Shown: piece by piece, positions 40,601 to 52,727 of the stretch
Layout: each line of letters begins with the position of its first letter
Numbering within the stretch: position 1 is the first letter of the stretch
Source of the DNA: Octopus sinensis
Lineage: Eukaryota
DNA length: 64,000 nt
Assembly (NCBI RefSeq): GCF_006345805.1
Contig: NC_042999.1
Location: 127,348,001-127,412,000, forward strand
Direction: 5' to 3'
Translations under genes and position numbers: made by a program
Notes under the pieces: generated by a model
Seen by the model: the letters and a program-made list of their open reading frames with translations, nothing else
Database searches by the model: none
Told to the model about the DNA's origin: nothing

Positions 40601-42534
40601 ACCTTAAAATTGTGTGACCCAACCTAGTTGCCAAGGTTATTTTAGTTGTAAAAAAGATTTGTTGAGTCAAAAACATAGTTTATTTGGTAGATAGATAATA
40701 AGCAGCTTTCTTTATTATGATACACAAGTGACTAATTTGGAGAAACATTACTTTTGTTATTCACACATCATCACTCTCGTACTGCAACACTTTGTAATTT
40801 TGGTTCAAATTGAAAGTGTGAAACTATTTTCATTTTCTAATGAAACCTGGTCGTTGTAGTGAAGTGTATTTGAAATAACTATAGTTGGTTATTGAAATAA
40901 TGCAGAAAATATGCAAAGGAAAATAAAGTTTATTTGACATGTGTAATTGATTTGATTGTTCTGGAAGGAAGGTGGTGAGCTGGAATCATTAGCATGCCAG
41001 GCAAAATGCTTGAGTGGTATTTCATCTGTCTTGATGCTCTGAGTTCAAATGTTGCCGGAGTCAGTTTTGCCTTTCATCCTTTTTCGGGGATGTAATCGAC
41101 TGGTCCCCTCCCCCGGAATGTCAGGCCTTGTGCTTATAGGAGAAAGGATTTGATTGTTCTGGTCTTAACATTAGTTAGAAAGAATAGAAGTCATTTGACA
41201 ACACACATTTGGTTGTAAGTGGCTATCCTTTTGCAGGTTCAATCTCAGGAATATTAAAATAATGCCCATCTTTTCCATTCCATAGAATAAGATTATACTG
41301 GAGAGTATCATAAGAGGGATGAGTCTGTGAAACATGTTTAAGGTTGTTATCTCGAACACGAATGAGAATATTATGATTTTCAATGAGATCACCAACCATA
41401 AGGATGACTACTTCATTAGATGTGGGCTCATTAAAACAGCGTAAAATGTTCTTTGCTATAGTTTAAAGTGTGTGTGTGTGTGTGTATGTATATATATATA
41501 TATATGTATGTAATGTATATATGTATGTATGTATGTATGTGTGTATGTATATATATTTGTGTCAGGTCACTTTCGAGTGCTACTGGTAACGTGTAACCCA
41601 GTACAACCTGTTGCATGGTCGGGTCGTCGGTGACTAAATTAGCAACCCCACCAAGCTTGCTTGGTGAGGAGAGTGCTTATTAGACACCCTGCGGGATGAA
41701 AAACAAAACCCGTCAAAGGGCGGAGGAACTCTTGAGAGTCAACGGCCATCCAATAAATGTTTTAAGGCAGGATCATGCGCGGGGACATAGAAATAATCAG
41801 ACTGAATACCCGATCGCGCAGTTAAACCATTGGGAGTGAAGGACTCCTAGCCTTTGTTAGGGCATCCTTCTAGGAGAAGGTAACTCGGATAACTGGGATA
41901 ATTCCGACATAAAACCTGTGGCTCAGTGGTTACCGATGATGTTGACTTGTTCTTCTTTTCGGATTATGGCTGCTGTTGCTTAGTGAGTGGTATTGACTCA
42001 GTGCACAGCCTTTCCCCACTTTAAAAAAAAATCTTCTTGCACAGGCATTGCACGATAACAACATTGATTAAGCTTCGTGCAATGGCCATACTTGATAACG
42101 AGGGGGCAGCCACCATATATATATATACACACACACATATACACATATGCATTTATGTATTTATGTATATGTTTTGCAAAATTCCCAATGAGAAAACATG
42201 TGTTGAAACAGATATTGTGAAAATTGGAGATGGTCAATTCTTTTTTTTTTTGGTCAATTAAACACATGCACTATTTATTTGATCTTCACTTTAGTTTTTA
42301 TTTGTAGTTAATTTTAGTTTATCGGGCTACCAAAGTTATTTCTTCACACATTCTCATCAGTGACTCTCTGTCCCATGTGTCTCCTTTTGTCCTGCTTATT
42401 CATGATGAAGTCCAAGAAGGTTTGACAAAAGAACAAAAGTGAGGATAAAATAAATAGTGCTCTGATTAAAATAAATAAATAGTAATTGATAAAAAAAAAA
42501 GTATAACAATATATATATATATATATATATATAT

Positions 42535-44450
42535 GATTGATTGATTGATTGATTGATTTTAGTTTCAGCTCACGAGCTGTGGCCATGCTGGGGCACTGCC
42601 ATTTGGTGTTGCTACATGGTTTTACTTCACGAATGCTTTTTAGCAACTGTCATTTGGTGCATGAGAGAGTTCGATGCAGCTGCCCTCATCTGCACCTCCT
42701 GCCGTGAAGTTGGTTCATCTGGGATACCTGACAAGAAGAGATCCAGTTTCATTTTAAAGACATCTGCATCCACCCCATGCAGGTCTCTTAGGTTCTTCGG
42801 GAGGATATTGAAGAGCTGTGGGCCTCGGAAGCCCAGGCTATCACGGTATCTTGTCCTACATCTTGATGGCAAATTTGGAGTCCTTGGCACCACGCAGTGG
42901 CGCCCAGTTCTGGCATTTGTGTAACTCTCGATGCCAAAGTTTGGGACAAGTCCTTCCAGGATCTTCCAGATGTATATTATGACATATCTTTCTCACCTAC
43001 GCTCCAAGGAATAGAGTTTTAATCTCTTGAGTCTTTCCCAGTAGCTTATATGCTGCACAGAGGCTATCTTCTTCGTGTAGCTACGTTGGATCACCTCAAG
43101 TTCTGTGATCAGCTTGACACTGGATGGTGACCATAGCTGAGAGCAATAGTCAAAGTGGCTTAAGACAAGTGTCCTCCAGAGGACCATCATGGTTTCTTGT
43201 TCTCTTGTTCTAAAGGTTCTAAGAATCCATCCGGCCAGTCGTCTACATTTCATTGCCAATTTAGCAACATGTACACGAAAGATTGTGTCATCACTCATGT
43301 AAATACCCAGGTCACGCACTGATTGTGCCTCTGGGATTGCAATTCCTCCGGGTCCAGTGTATTCATTGGGTATTGCATTTAGTTTTGCATGCTGATAGCA
43401 TAAAGCTTGAAACTTTTCAGCATTGAACTGCATGCTATTCTTTTCAGCCCACTTTGTCCAGCTCACATTGCAGGCGTTTAGTGTCCTCAGGGTTCTGTAT
43501 TGCCTGTGAAACTTTTGTATCATCTGCATAACTTGTGATCGTGGCTCTCTGCGTGGCTGAGGGCATGTCTGAGAGGGCCATTATGAACAGTAGTGGTCCC
43601 AAAACAGTGCCCTGCGGAACACCGCTCACTATTTGCGTGTTAATGGAAGTGGCTACTAACACCTGACTTCTATCTTTCAGAAAGTCATGAAGCCATTCTC
43701 CCAGTTTTCCAACTATGCTAAGATCACGCAGTTTGTGACATATCATTCCATGATCGACTTTATCAAAGGCCTTTGCAAAGTCGAGATATATCACTTCCAC
43801 GTTTGAGTGGTTGAGCAGTTCAGCACCCAGTCATAGTGTTGTAGGAGCTGAGTTAAGCAGCTTCTTCCTGGTCGGAAACCATGTTGGGTATCAGGCAGCA
43901 AGTCATTTTCTTCAAGGAAGGTGATCAGTTTCCTTCTGACTATTCGTTCCATGACCTTGCTGATGTGTGAGGTCAGAGAGATAGGTCTGTAGTTCTTGGC
44001 CTCCGCTCTGCTACCTCCTTTATGAATAGGGCATATTTTACCTTCCTTCAGTTTTCTTGGAAGTTTGCCAGCTGCAAGGAAGCTCTGAAAGAGGAACTGC
44101 AGTGGTCTTGCTAGGACTCTCTTACATACCTTTAGGAGGATTGCCGGGAATCCATCGGGGCCAGTAGCTGAGTCTGTTTTCATTTCATCTATAGCCTTTA
44201 TTACATCGTCTTCCTTTATATCGATGTAATCTATCATCGCTGCCTCTGATTTTATATCTGCAGTGGTAAAGAAGTCAGTTGGATTGGTGATTTGGAAATG
44301 CCCAAGGGGTGGAGTGAAAACATTCTTGAATTGCTCATTCAGTATTTCACTTACCCTCATTGGATTTCCTGTGAGTGTGCCATCCTTTTCAAGGAGTGGC
44401 CCTATCCTACAGTGCACCGTAGCTGTTTCTTTGGCATACCTGTAGAAAGC
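42535..44450 (-). mobile_element. 5'-truncated CR1/jockey-like LINE (RT with frameshifts, short 3' UTR, (AATC)n tail)
   Basis: KNYRPISLTS, QHGFRPGRSC, IYLDFAKAFDKVDH, SGVPQGTVLGPLLF, YADD, LYSLERR, KMKLDLFLSGIPDEP across ORFs 43791-44417, 43444-43800, 42993-43529 and 42627-42893. Confidence 0.95.
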
Positions 44451-44854
44451 TCTATATATCTTTATATATAAAAGTGAAGTTGTATGTCTGTCTCCTACGA
44501 TTTAGATTCCTAACTACTCCCACATTTTGTGGTGCAGTGTAACCAAAAGCAGGTATCTTATAGTCGTGATTCATATCGAGCCCTTCTGAGTATTAGCGCA
44601 CGTCTACGATGAGTCTACGAATTAAAAAAAAATTTACCATCAATTTTTCCCATTTTTTAATGCATTTTGGCATATATAAGGGAAGTAACTCTCTAAAAAT
44701 TTATTATTAAATCTCAGAACGTAAAAAGCTACAGTAACCCCCCCCCTCCTTTGTGGTTAGCCATATTGAGATGGCTATTATACTTTACATCTCTAAAAAT
44801 GCTTATATAGTTATTTCCCTTACAAATCCGAGCAACGCCGGGCAATACTGCTAG
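44451..44854 (+). mobile_element. Non-autonomous Helitron-like element
   Basis: 5' TCTATATA..., subterminal hairpin ccgagcaacgccgg, 3' CTAG followed by T; no TIR or TSD. Confidence 0.7.
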
Positions 44855-44869
44855 TATATATATATATAT

Positions 44870-45255
44870 GTATTGCTTGTTCCCAACCATATGATTTTAG
44901 GTTCAGTCTCACTGCATGACATCTTGGGCATGTGTCTTCTACTATAGCCTCATGTCAACCAAAGCCTTATGAGCAGATTTGATTGTTGGAAATTGAGAGA
45001 AGTTTGTTGTATATATTTGTGTTTGTGTCTGTGTTTGAACCTGCCACCACCACCACCACTACCATTGCTTGTCAACCAATGTTGGTGTGTTTACATCACT
45101 GTAACTTAGCAGTTTGGCAAAAGAGACCAATAGAATAAGTATTAGGCTTACAAAGAATAAGTCCTGGGGCTGATTTGTTCAACTAAAACCCTTTAAGGTG
45201 GTGCTCCAGTATGGCTGCAGTCAAATGACTGAAACAGGTAAAAGAAAGAATAAAA
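44870..45255 (+). mobile_element. Long CORE-type SINE family C with CR1-like tail (also about 1395-1590+, 3380-3600-, 8990-9080-, 33000-33180-, 35325-35480-, 36575-36790-, 37385-37800-, 39045-39420-, 47125-47340-, 53170-53600-)
   Basis: ttgggca.gtgtcttctactatagcc CORE, internal (TA/TG)n, tail gtgctccagcatggc.gcagtcaaatgactgaaac. Confidence 0.8.
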
Positions 45256-45468
45256 GAAAGAATAAAAGAACCGAACACATTTTTTTTCATTCTCTCTCTA
45301 TTTATTTCTTGTTAATCTTTCTGTCAAAAAGAGTAGGCTTGAAACGTAAATGACTTTTCCAATTTTCCCGAGCATCAAACTAATACATTTGCTTGTTGTT
45401 TCTACACCTATCTTCTTTGTTTTTCTATAAATTTGAACTATACACACACACACACACAGATATATATA

Positions 45469-45878
45469 TCTATAATATAAATTGGACATGGGCGATCATT
45501 GTATTCTTTCTTGTCTTGAGGTTCACAGCCAAACGGCTGGGTGGATTCACATGAATAATGGCACACATGTGGAGACAGGTGCATAGATTGGAATTCAGTT
45601 TGTATTTTTTTCTTAACCCCCAAACTTTCTGAGAAAATCGATTAAAACTTCTTCTAATGGAATTTCCCATTTTCTTCTGCCATTAAAACAACCAGTTGCT
45701 TAAAAGCTGTTTTCTGACGGGGTGGGGTCAGGAAATTATCATATAGCTGGAGGCTCCAATCGAAACAGGGGACCCGAAATGATAAGGTTGACAAACACTG
45801 TTATAGATTATGCCAAACGGAAATCGATCACAACCATATCATCCAAACAGACCAAGTGAAACTGGGCTTAGCTGCTAG
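45469..45878 (+). mobile_element. Second non-autonomous Helitron-like element
   Basis: 5' TCTATAATATAA, 3' gtgaaactgggcttagctgCTAG|t; hairpin degenerate. Confidence 0.5.
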
Positions 45879-46298
45879 TATATATATATATATATATATA
45901 TTTAACAATTAAGGATAACTTCTTAATAAGGAATCTTAACAAGAAATTATCAGGTAGTTAGCGTGAAAAACCTCATAAGAGAAAAGAATTCGAAAATAAT
46001 TTTTTTCTTTTGAACAAATTAATTATATTTATATATATATATATACAATGAGGTTTTACAGCCTCCCAGCTGGCAATCCCAAGACCATAGCAGAAGACTT
46101 TTGCCTAAAATATTATGAATGGAATCAAACCTCAGAGTATCTGAATGAAAGTGAGTTTCTTAACGACTTAGCCATGCCTGTCCCTATTCATTGATATCTT
46201 CATAGCAAGAAATACTTTTAAATGCCAGGACCACTAACCTTACATCCAAACCCTAATCTGGCCTTTGAGGTTAGGGTTCAGCCATCTTTTTATTGTAG

Positions 46299-46380
46299 CA
46301 ATCTGCAGACAAGATCTTTGCAATTCTCTGTATCTTCTGGAGGAAGCTTTGCACTTGCATGAAGAAATTCACTGTTATAG
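46299..46380 (+). CDS. Weak candidate exon; ICRQDLCNSLYLLEEALHLHEEIHCY (phase 1-2)
   Basis: Acceptor ccatctttttattgtag|, donor ATAG|gttttt (weak); helical, TPR-like wording; a second frame is also open. Confidence 0.3.
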
Positions 46381-47686
46381 GTTTTTCGTTGCTATTTTTT
46401 ATTCATACATGCTGCAAGCTAATGAAACACTGATATATATCACAGTGCTTCCACTGCTTGCAGTGACAAAGTATACAACACTGAGATACATACTTAGAGC
46501 AAAGTGAAATAGGCAATTGACTTGCATTAAGTGTGTCTGGCTTCAGACAATGTAGAGGAAGTGACAGGATACAAGCTGCCAATCTCTCAGCTGCTAGTCT
46601 AATGATTTCGTCATTTGCACTATGAAATCTAGTCTAATTTTTGTATAATAATAATGTCCTGACGACCTGACTTCTTTGCTTCGATTAAATGCTATTGTGT
46701 GTGTGTGTGTGTGTTTTACCTTCTATGCATTTTAAAAGTATTATAAATGTGCTGTAAAGTAGCACTGAGTACTTTGATGTATAAAGGCACTTTTCATAGG
46801 TGTTATTTGTAAATGGTTGAATTTGTTTGTTGCAGTTGTTACTCTGGTTTTAATGGAGCCAATTGGAATTCACTTTTTATTGTGTATTATACTGTATATG
46901 TTTGTGTGTCTGCTCTACCTTTATGTTGGATAGGGGTGTGGAAATGTTAAGCTTATAAAGAGTAAAAAGAGTGTAAGACACATTCAATAGACAAGCTGTT
47001 GTATGCAACAGCAATTGCAGTATTTTATTGATAAACAAATAATAAAAAATTACCAGATACTCACTCTGTCCAAGGAGGCTAAAATGATATATGGGGATTT
47101 TCTGTTCATTATCTTTCTTCACCTTTTTACTTGTTTCAGTCACTGGACCACAGCCATGCTGGGGCACCACCTTGGAGGGTTTAAATTGAATGAATTGACA
47201 CCAGTACTTATTTTTTTTTTTTAAACTTGATACTTAGTCTACTGGTCTATTTTGCTGAACTGCTTAGCTACAGGGATGTAAACAAACCAACACCTGTTGT
47301 CAAAATGTGGTGGGGGACAAACACAAACACAAAAATACACATATGTAAACATTTATAGATATTTATGTATGTGTGTGTGTGTGAGTATACACACACACAC
47401 ACACACTCATACACACACACATATACCATTGTCAGCAGTCCAATGATGGCTTAATTGGCCAAAACTTTGAAGTCACTGTCAATGAACATTCTTGTTTAAG
47501 AATGATAAATTTTTACTCTACATAGGTATAGAGCAACCCAGCAGATTAATGTAAAATAGTTTTTGTTATAACTGAACATAAAAACAAACATTAATATATA
47601 TATTATGAAACATCCTTTTGAGGTTGATACAATAAGTACCTGTCAAGTACTGGGGTCAATGAAATTGACTACCTCCTCCCTATAGC

Positions 47687-47755
<69 letters not shown>

Positions 47756-47790
47756 AAGAATGATAATAATCATGATGATGATGATGATTA

Positions 47791-47831
<41 letters not shown>

Positions 47832-47845
47832 GTTATTATTATTAT
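47687..47845. repeat. Compound (AAT)n-(AAG)n-(GAT)n-(TTA)n microsatellite
   Basis: Direct inspection. Confidence 0.95.
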
Positions 47846-48100
47846 TTTATTCTCATTGTTCCAGCCAATTTTGTCCATGTGCTATGCTTACACCAAGGGA
47901 GGCAATAGCTTGGATGGCGAAGTATATCTAGAAAAGCAGAAGAAGGGGAGACAAAGAGAGAAATGGAAATAGAGGAATCAATGAAAAAATAGAAATAGAT
48001 AACATGAGAGAAAGAGATTATTCTGTAGTCGTGTCTTCAAATTGCAGGCGTTATCTTTAACATAATGAAACAATGTCATGAAGACCAGTAAATTACAAGA

Positions 48101-49080
48101 TATTAGGTTGAAATAAAAGTTTTGTCAGATTTCAACTAATGATTTTCAGAAACTTGTATTTCCATGTTATAGCATTAATTTGATATAACTTGTTGTCCTA
48201 TCATTGCTGTCTTTATTTCCATTTACAACATATAATCATTAATTGTTTGTTCTTTATTTTACAGCTTTGATAATGAATGGTGAAAAAACTGCAATTAGAA
48301 CTATTTTACTCAACCTGTGGAAAAAAGTACTGTGTGCCAGGGCAGCGGCAAAATAAATTAATAATGTGGAAGGCCCCCAAAACTGTCAACAAATGTGTGG
48401 CACAAAACTGGTTCAGATGTTTCAAAAAAGTGACACTTGCTCTGAAGACAAATCAAAGTCAGGAGGACCTTCTATTGGGGAAGATGAGGCCTTGCTTGAA
48501 ATGGTTAAACAACAAGCACAAGCACTCATAGATTGTCAGCAAAACTTGGTCCTTCGCAAAGCACCATCATTTGACACTTCTATAAGCTCAGACTTGTGAA
48601 CAGATGGTGTCAAGAAGCTCCTCATGAACTGACCAATGACCCGGCTCAAAAACGTGAAAATTCAAAACAGCTACTGGCAAATCCTCAAGCTGCCCAGTTT
48701 TGTACTGAATTGTAACTGGGGATGAAAAATGGACCTGTTTTCATAACCCTGATAAGAGATATTAGTGGCTTTATTCTGACCATGCTTCAGAGCTGTTGTC
48801 AAACAAGAGCAGTTTGAACAGAAAGTCATGTTGTGTGTTTGATGGAATTTCAAGGGGGTATTGCACTTTGAGGTTATCCCAGATGGTTATGCTGTGCATG
48901 CTAACCATTATGCTTAACAACTACAGTGAATATATAATGCATTGAAAGCCTGCAACTTGACATTGGTCAATCAAAGACATGCATTCCTACAGCATGACAA
49001 TGCCCCAGCACACACTGCCCATGTGCAAACTTTAGTAACTTGAGAGGTTGGAAGTTCTGCCTCACTATACCTACAATCTA
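48101..49080 (+). mobile_element. Tc1/mariner (mariner-type) transposon relic
   Basis: TIR-like tattaggttgaaataaaagt; VAQNWFRCFKK (HTH), KVMLCV.WNFKGV, HDNAPAH and EVLPH; many stops and frameshifts. Confidence 0.88.
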
Positions 49081-49084
49081 AACC

Positions 49085-49515
49085 TTATATTTTGAGCACA
49101 CTTTTGTATGGGGCAGAAGCATGGACTCCCTACTAAAGACATATGCTGAAACTTGAAACCTTCCACTTGTGCTGTTTGCACAACATATGCAACATAAAAT
49201 GGTAAGATGAGATATCCAATGATCACATTCCAAAAATTCTTCTGTGTGGCCAACAAGTGGAGATATCACAGCAAAGGAAGACCTCTCCTTAGGTATAAGG
49301 ATAAGTTGAAGCAATCACTAAAATCTTTACAGCTTAATTTAACATCTTGGAAAAGTCATTCCCTTGACTGATCTGCATGGTGTAAAATGTATTATGATGC
49401 ATCCAAACAATTTGAGTTGAAGAAAAAGAACAGCAGAAAAACTATATCTCACAATCAACAGACACACTTGTCCAATCCATATGAATGCAAAATCAAAATA
49501 GATTTTGCATCCATA
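49085..49515 (+). mobile_element. Old RTE-like LINE relic
   Basis: ILSTLLYGAEAWTPY*RHMLKLETFHLCCL..I.NIKW*DEISND, a typical RTE post-RT region. Confidence 0.75.
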
Positions 49516-51326
49516 TAATTTTTCTTTCTTCACCATGATGTTTAACAAGTTAATAAGTTGGAAACCATTTTAATTTTATTAACTCCTTTGATACTGTCCA
49601 AGATTGTCCTTGATTCTAGAATACAAGCTTCCTTTTTTTAGTGATCTAAATTAAAACTTTCAAGCTTTTATGTTAATTTATGCTCCAAGCACCAACTTAA
49701 TAATGACAAGTTATTTTACTAAGTTCTTCATTGTTTTAAAAATGAATTGCAACAAAGACACATAGCAAGTTGTCTGTCCAATTTAAATTCACACAACACC
49801 CCATACACCTATGAAAAACATTAAGTGAAACTAAAGTTCAAAATCTTAGGTTCTTCAATCAAGTTTAAAATAAATTGATTTCTGTTACATTCAACGTAGA
49901 CATAGTTATATTTTATCAACACTCAGTTATAACAGTTGATCTTGAACAAGTTGGAAGATGGTGAAGGGTGTGTATATACATATCGTATATATATGTGTAT
50001 AGGTAAACACATTGTTTATATGTGTGTGCATGGATATAAATATTGGTGATTATGTGTGTGGATGGATATACACATTGTTTATGAATGTGTATAGACGTAC
50101 ATATTGTTTATGTGTGTATTTCTGTTTGCTTCCATGACACTGAGAAAATGATCACTTGCTGTTCTGAAATTTTATTCTCAGCCAAAACATATCTATGTAA
50201 ATATTAAATGTTTTCCTACCTGTTATTTATCTTTAAAATATAATCTTTTCTTTACATTTTTACTTAGTCTTGTATTCTTGAAATTACTGTCAGAAAATAT
50301 TTTATTTGATATTTTGGAATGAATGATGCTTTACAAATGTCTGCAGCTAATGTTTGCTGATATATTTGATTATTTGATTATTAGTTGTAATTGTATGTGC
50401 AGCCCTCTAGTTTTAAATGTTGTAAATGCTATTTATAAAAAAATATGCAGCTTTTTTGTAGTAATTGTGTGTGCAATGTTTAGTTGTAAATATGTGTACA
50501 TACTGGTTGTAAATGTATGTAGATACTATTTATATAGGTTGGTTATTACAATTTGTTGATGTCTGCTACTGCTATTAGCAGCTATTTAGTCTGGTCTTCT
50601 GTAAATATTTATAACTGTTGATCACAAAGTATTGTATCCTAGCCTCCCCATTTGGGCTGGCAAATCTCTTTTCACCCACCATTCCCTTCCATTACCCAGT
50701 TAAGCAATGTGATTTTTTGCACAGCCAGTATTCTGGAGTAATCCATGCAATGTGCTTCTAAAGGAAAGGTATTTTCACACTGCATGCTTACTTGATATTG
50801 TCCTTAATTTAGCCAGCTGATCTACTTGAACACAGATTATGTCATATCTTTATTTACTCTGACTCATGTACTGTGATAAAAGTACAATTTGCTGCTTATT
50901 TCACAGATGCCTCTATCCTCGCAAATAGTCGACCTGAATGATTTATTCTTTAAAAGAAACGGCACACTAGTCTACTTTGCACTTCCATTCAGTTTTTCTG
51001 ATGTTTTACTTAAAGATTAAGAGTATAAATAGTGTTATATGTTCTAATATATGAATGAAAAGAGTAGTGTTGTAAAGATCAATGTAGATAAGATGTGTTC
51101 TGGTTTTGTACCCTATCTACTGCACTGTGTTCTTGAGTGAGGCGTTTTCTATTCTTGATGTTTCAGTGTACTTCAAAATAAATTGGATTCCAGGGGAACT
51201 GGAAAACTGACAAATAATTAAGGCAATTAAGAATTTAAGGTTCAAATTCTATTATGGATTTTTAAAAATTCCTGTAAATCTATTATTATGGATTTCTTAC
51301 CATCAGTTCTTCATGATAATATTTCA

Positions 51327-51548
51327 TATTTTGCTAGGGTGGTGAACTGGCAAAATTGTTAGCATATTGGGTAAAATGTTTAGCAGCATTTCATCTGTCT
51401 TTATGTTCGGTATTCAAATTCTGCCATGGTCAACTTTGCCTATCTTCCTTTCAGGGTCAATAAAATAAGTGCAAGTTGAGTAGTGGGGTTGATGTAATCA
51501 TCTTACTCCCTCCCCTGAATTTGCTAGCCTTATGCCAAAATTTGAAAT
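51327..51548 (+). mobile_element. SINE family A with 20-bp target-site duplication
   Basis: taatatttcatattttgcta occurs on both sides (51307-51326 and 51549-51568). Confidence 0.88.
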
Positions 51549-51684
51549 TAATATTTCATATTTTGCTATTTTATTTTAAATTGCTCAACAGTTGAAAAAA
51601 GTCAAATTTACTCAACTGATGAATGATTTATATCAATGATAGAAACATCAATTATGCTGGATTACATTCTGCCTTCTATCCTAG

Positions 51685-51743
51685 CATCATAACATTGTTT
51701 TTTCTGTGATAAAAGCTTATAAGGAAATGGCTGTACATCTTAA
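51685..51743 (+). CDS. Candidate exon; HHNIVFSVIKAYKEMAVHL(N), phase 0-2
   Basis: Acceptor attctgccttctatcctag|C, donor AA|gtgagt; phase fits the exon 98 nt downstream. Confidence 0.4.
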
Positions 51744-51841
51744 GTGAGTAATATCCATGAACACATTTGGCTGTTGGATGCTGCAGAAGACTTTAGCATT
51801 AGGAAATAATTCAATGCATTTTACTCTGGTCCTTCTCTCAG

Positions 51842-51899
51842 TTCATGCAAGGATTTGAGTTTAGCACTGAAAATTAACAAACCTCTCAGCAGCTGTGAA
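51842..51899 (+). CDS. Candidate exon; SCKDLSLALKINKPLSSCE, phase 2-0
   Basis: Acceptor ttactctggtccttctctcag|T, donor GAA|gtattg; only the phase-compatible frame stays open. Confidence 0.35.
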
Positions 51900-52497
51900 G
51901 TATTGTAGCAGTAAGAATAGGTAATCTGTGCCATTTCATGGTATCTATTAGCAGTTTGTTTATTCTTGGCCAGTGATTCTCAACTGGTGTCCATATGGCC
52001 CTTGGCAGTCCATATAAGATTTTGTTGTCAAAATTTATCTTTGATAAATTGAATATACATCTACAATACACAAAATATTTCGACAATTTTTTTTTATCCA
52101 ATTCCTAATAATATTTAATTATATAAATATAATATTATTTTTTTAAACGTCAAATGTTTAGGATGGTTCATCTGAGTAAAATATGAATCAAAGGGGTCCA
52201 TAGGCAAAAAATGGTTGAGAAAAACTGCGCTAGGCCATTGAAGGTTTTAACTGTTTTTGCCAGAGGCATGTAACTGTATCTGGAATAGAATAAGATTAGA
52301 TAATCCTTTATTTAGTCTTCCACTATAAACATCTGAGATACTTCATGTAACTAGAGTGATCAGAATAGAATATGATCAGACAATCCTTTATTTGGTATAT
52401 CACTACTAGCATCTGAGATCCAGTGCTTTGTCCACTTAGTTGTGATTTCCAGTGTAAGGAAAAAAGTGTATAAAAGAATATATCTGATGTTCTTTCT

Positions 52498-52727
52498 TAA
52501 CCATTTAGCATTTGAACTGGCTATATCCAGCCACAATATTCTACCTATTTTAAATTCAAATGTGGCCAGATGCAGTCTCTCACATCTACCCTACAATGCT
52601 AATCTAAAAATAAACAATTACATCATCAAAATTTCAAAGCTACAAGATAATTCATGATTAATTCAAAACAATGTGAATAAATAAGCATTACATTTGACAA
52701 ATTACCCTGAATGCCAAAGGGTAAATG
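52498..52727. mobile_element. TTAA-CCCTTT-type (piggyBac-like) MITE; related copy about 4130-4552
   Basis: ttaaccatttagcatt...aatgccaaagggtaaa inverted termini; internal homology to 4130-4225 and 4430-4552 in reverse. Confidence 0.55.
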
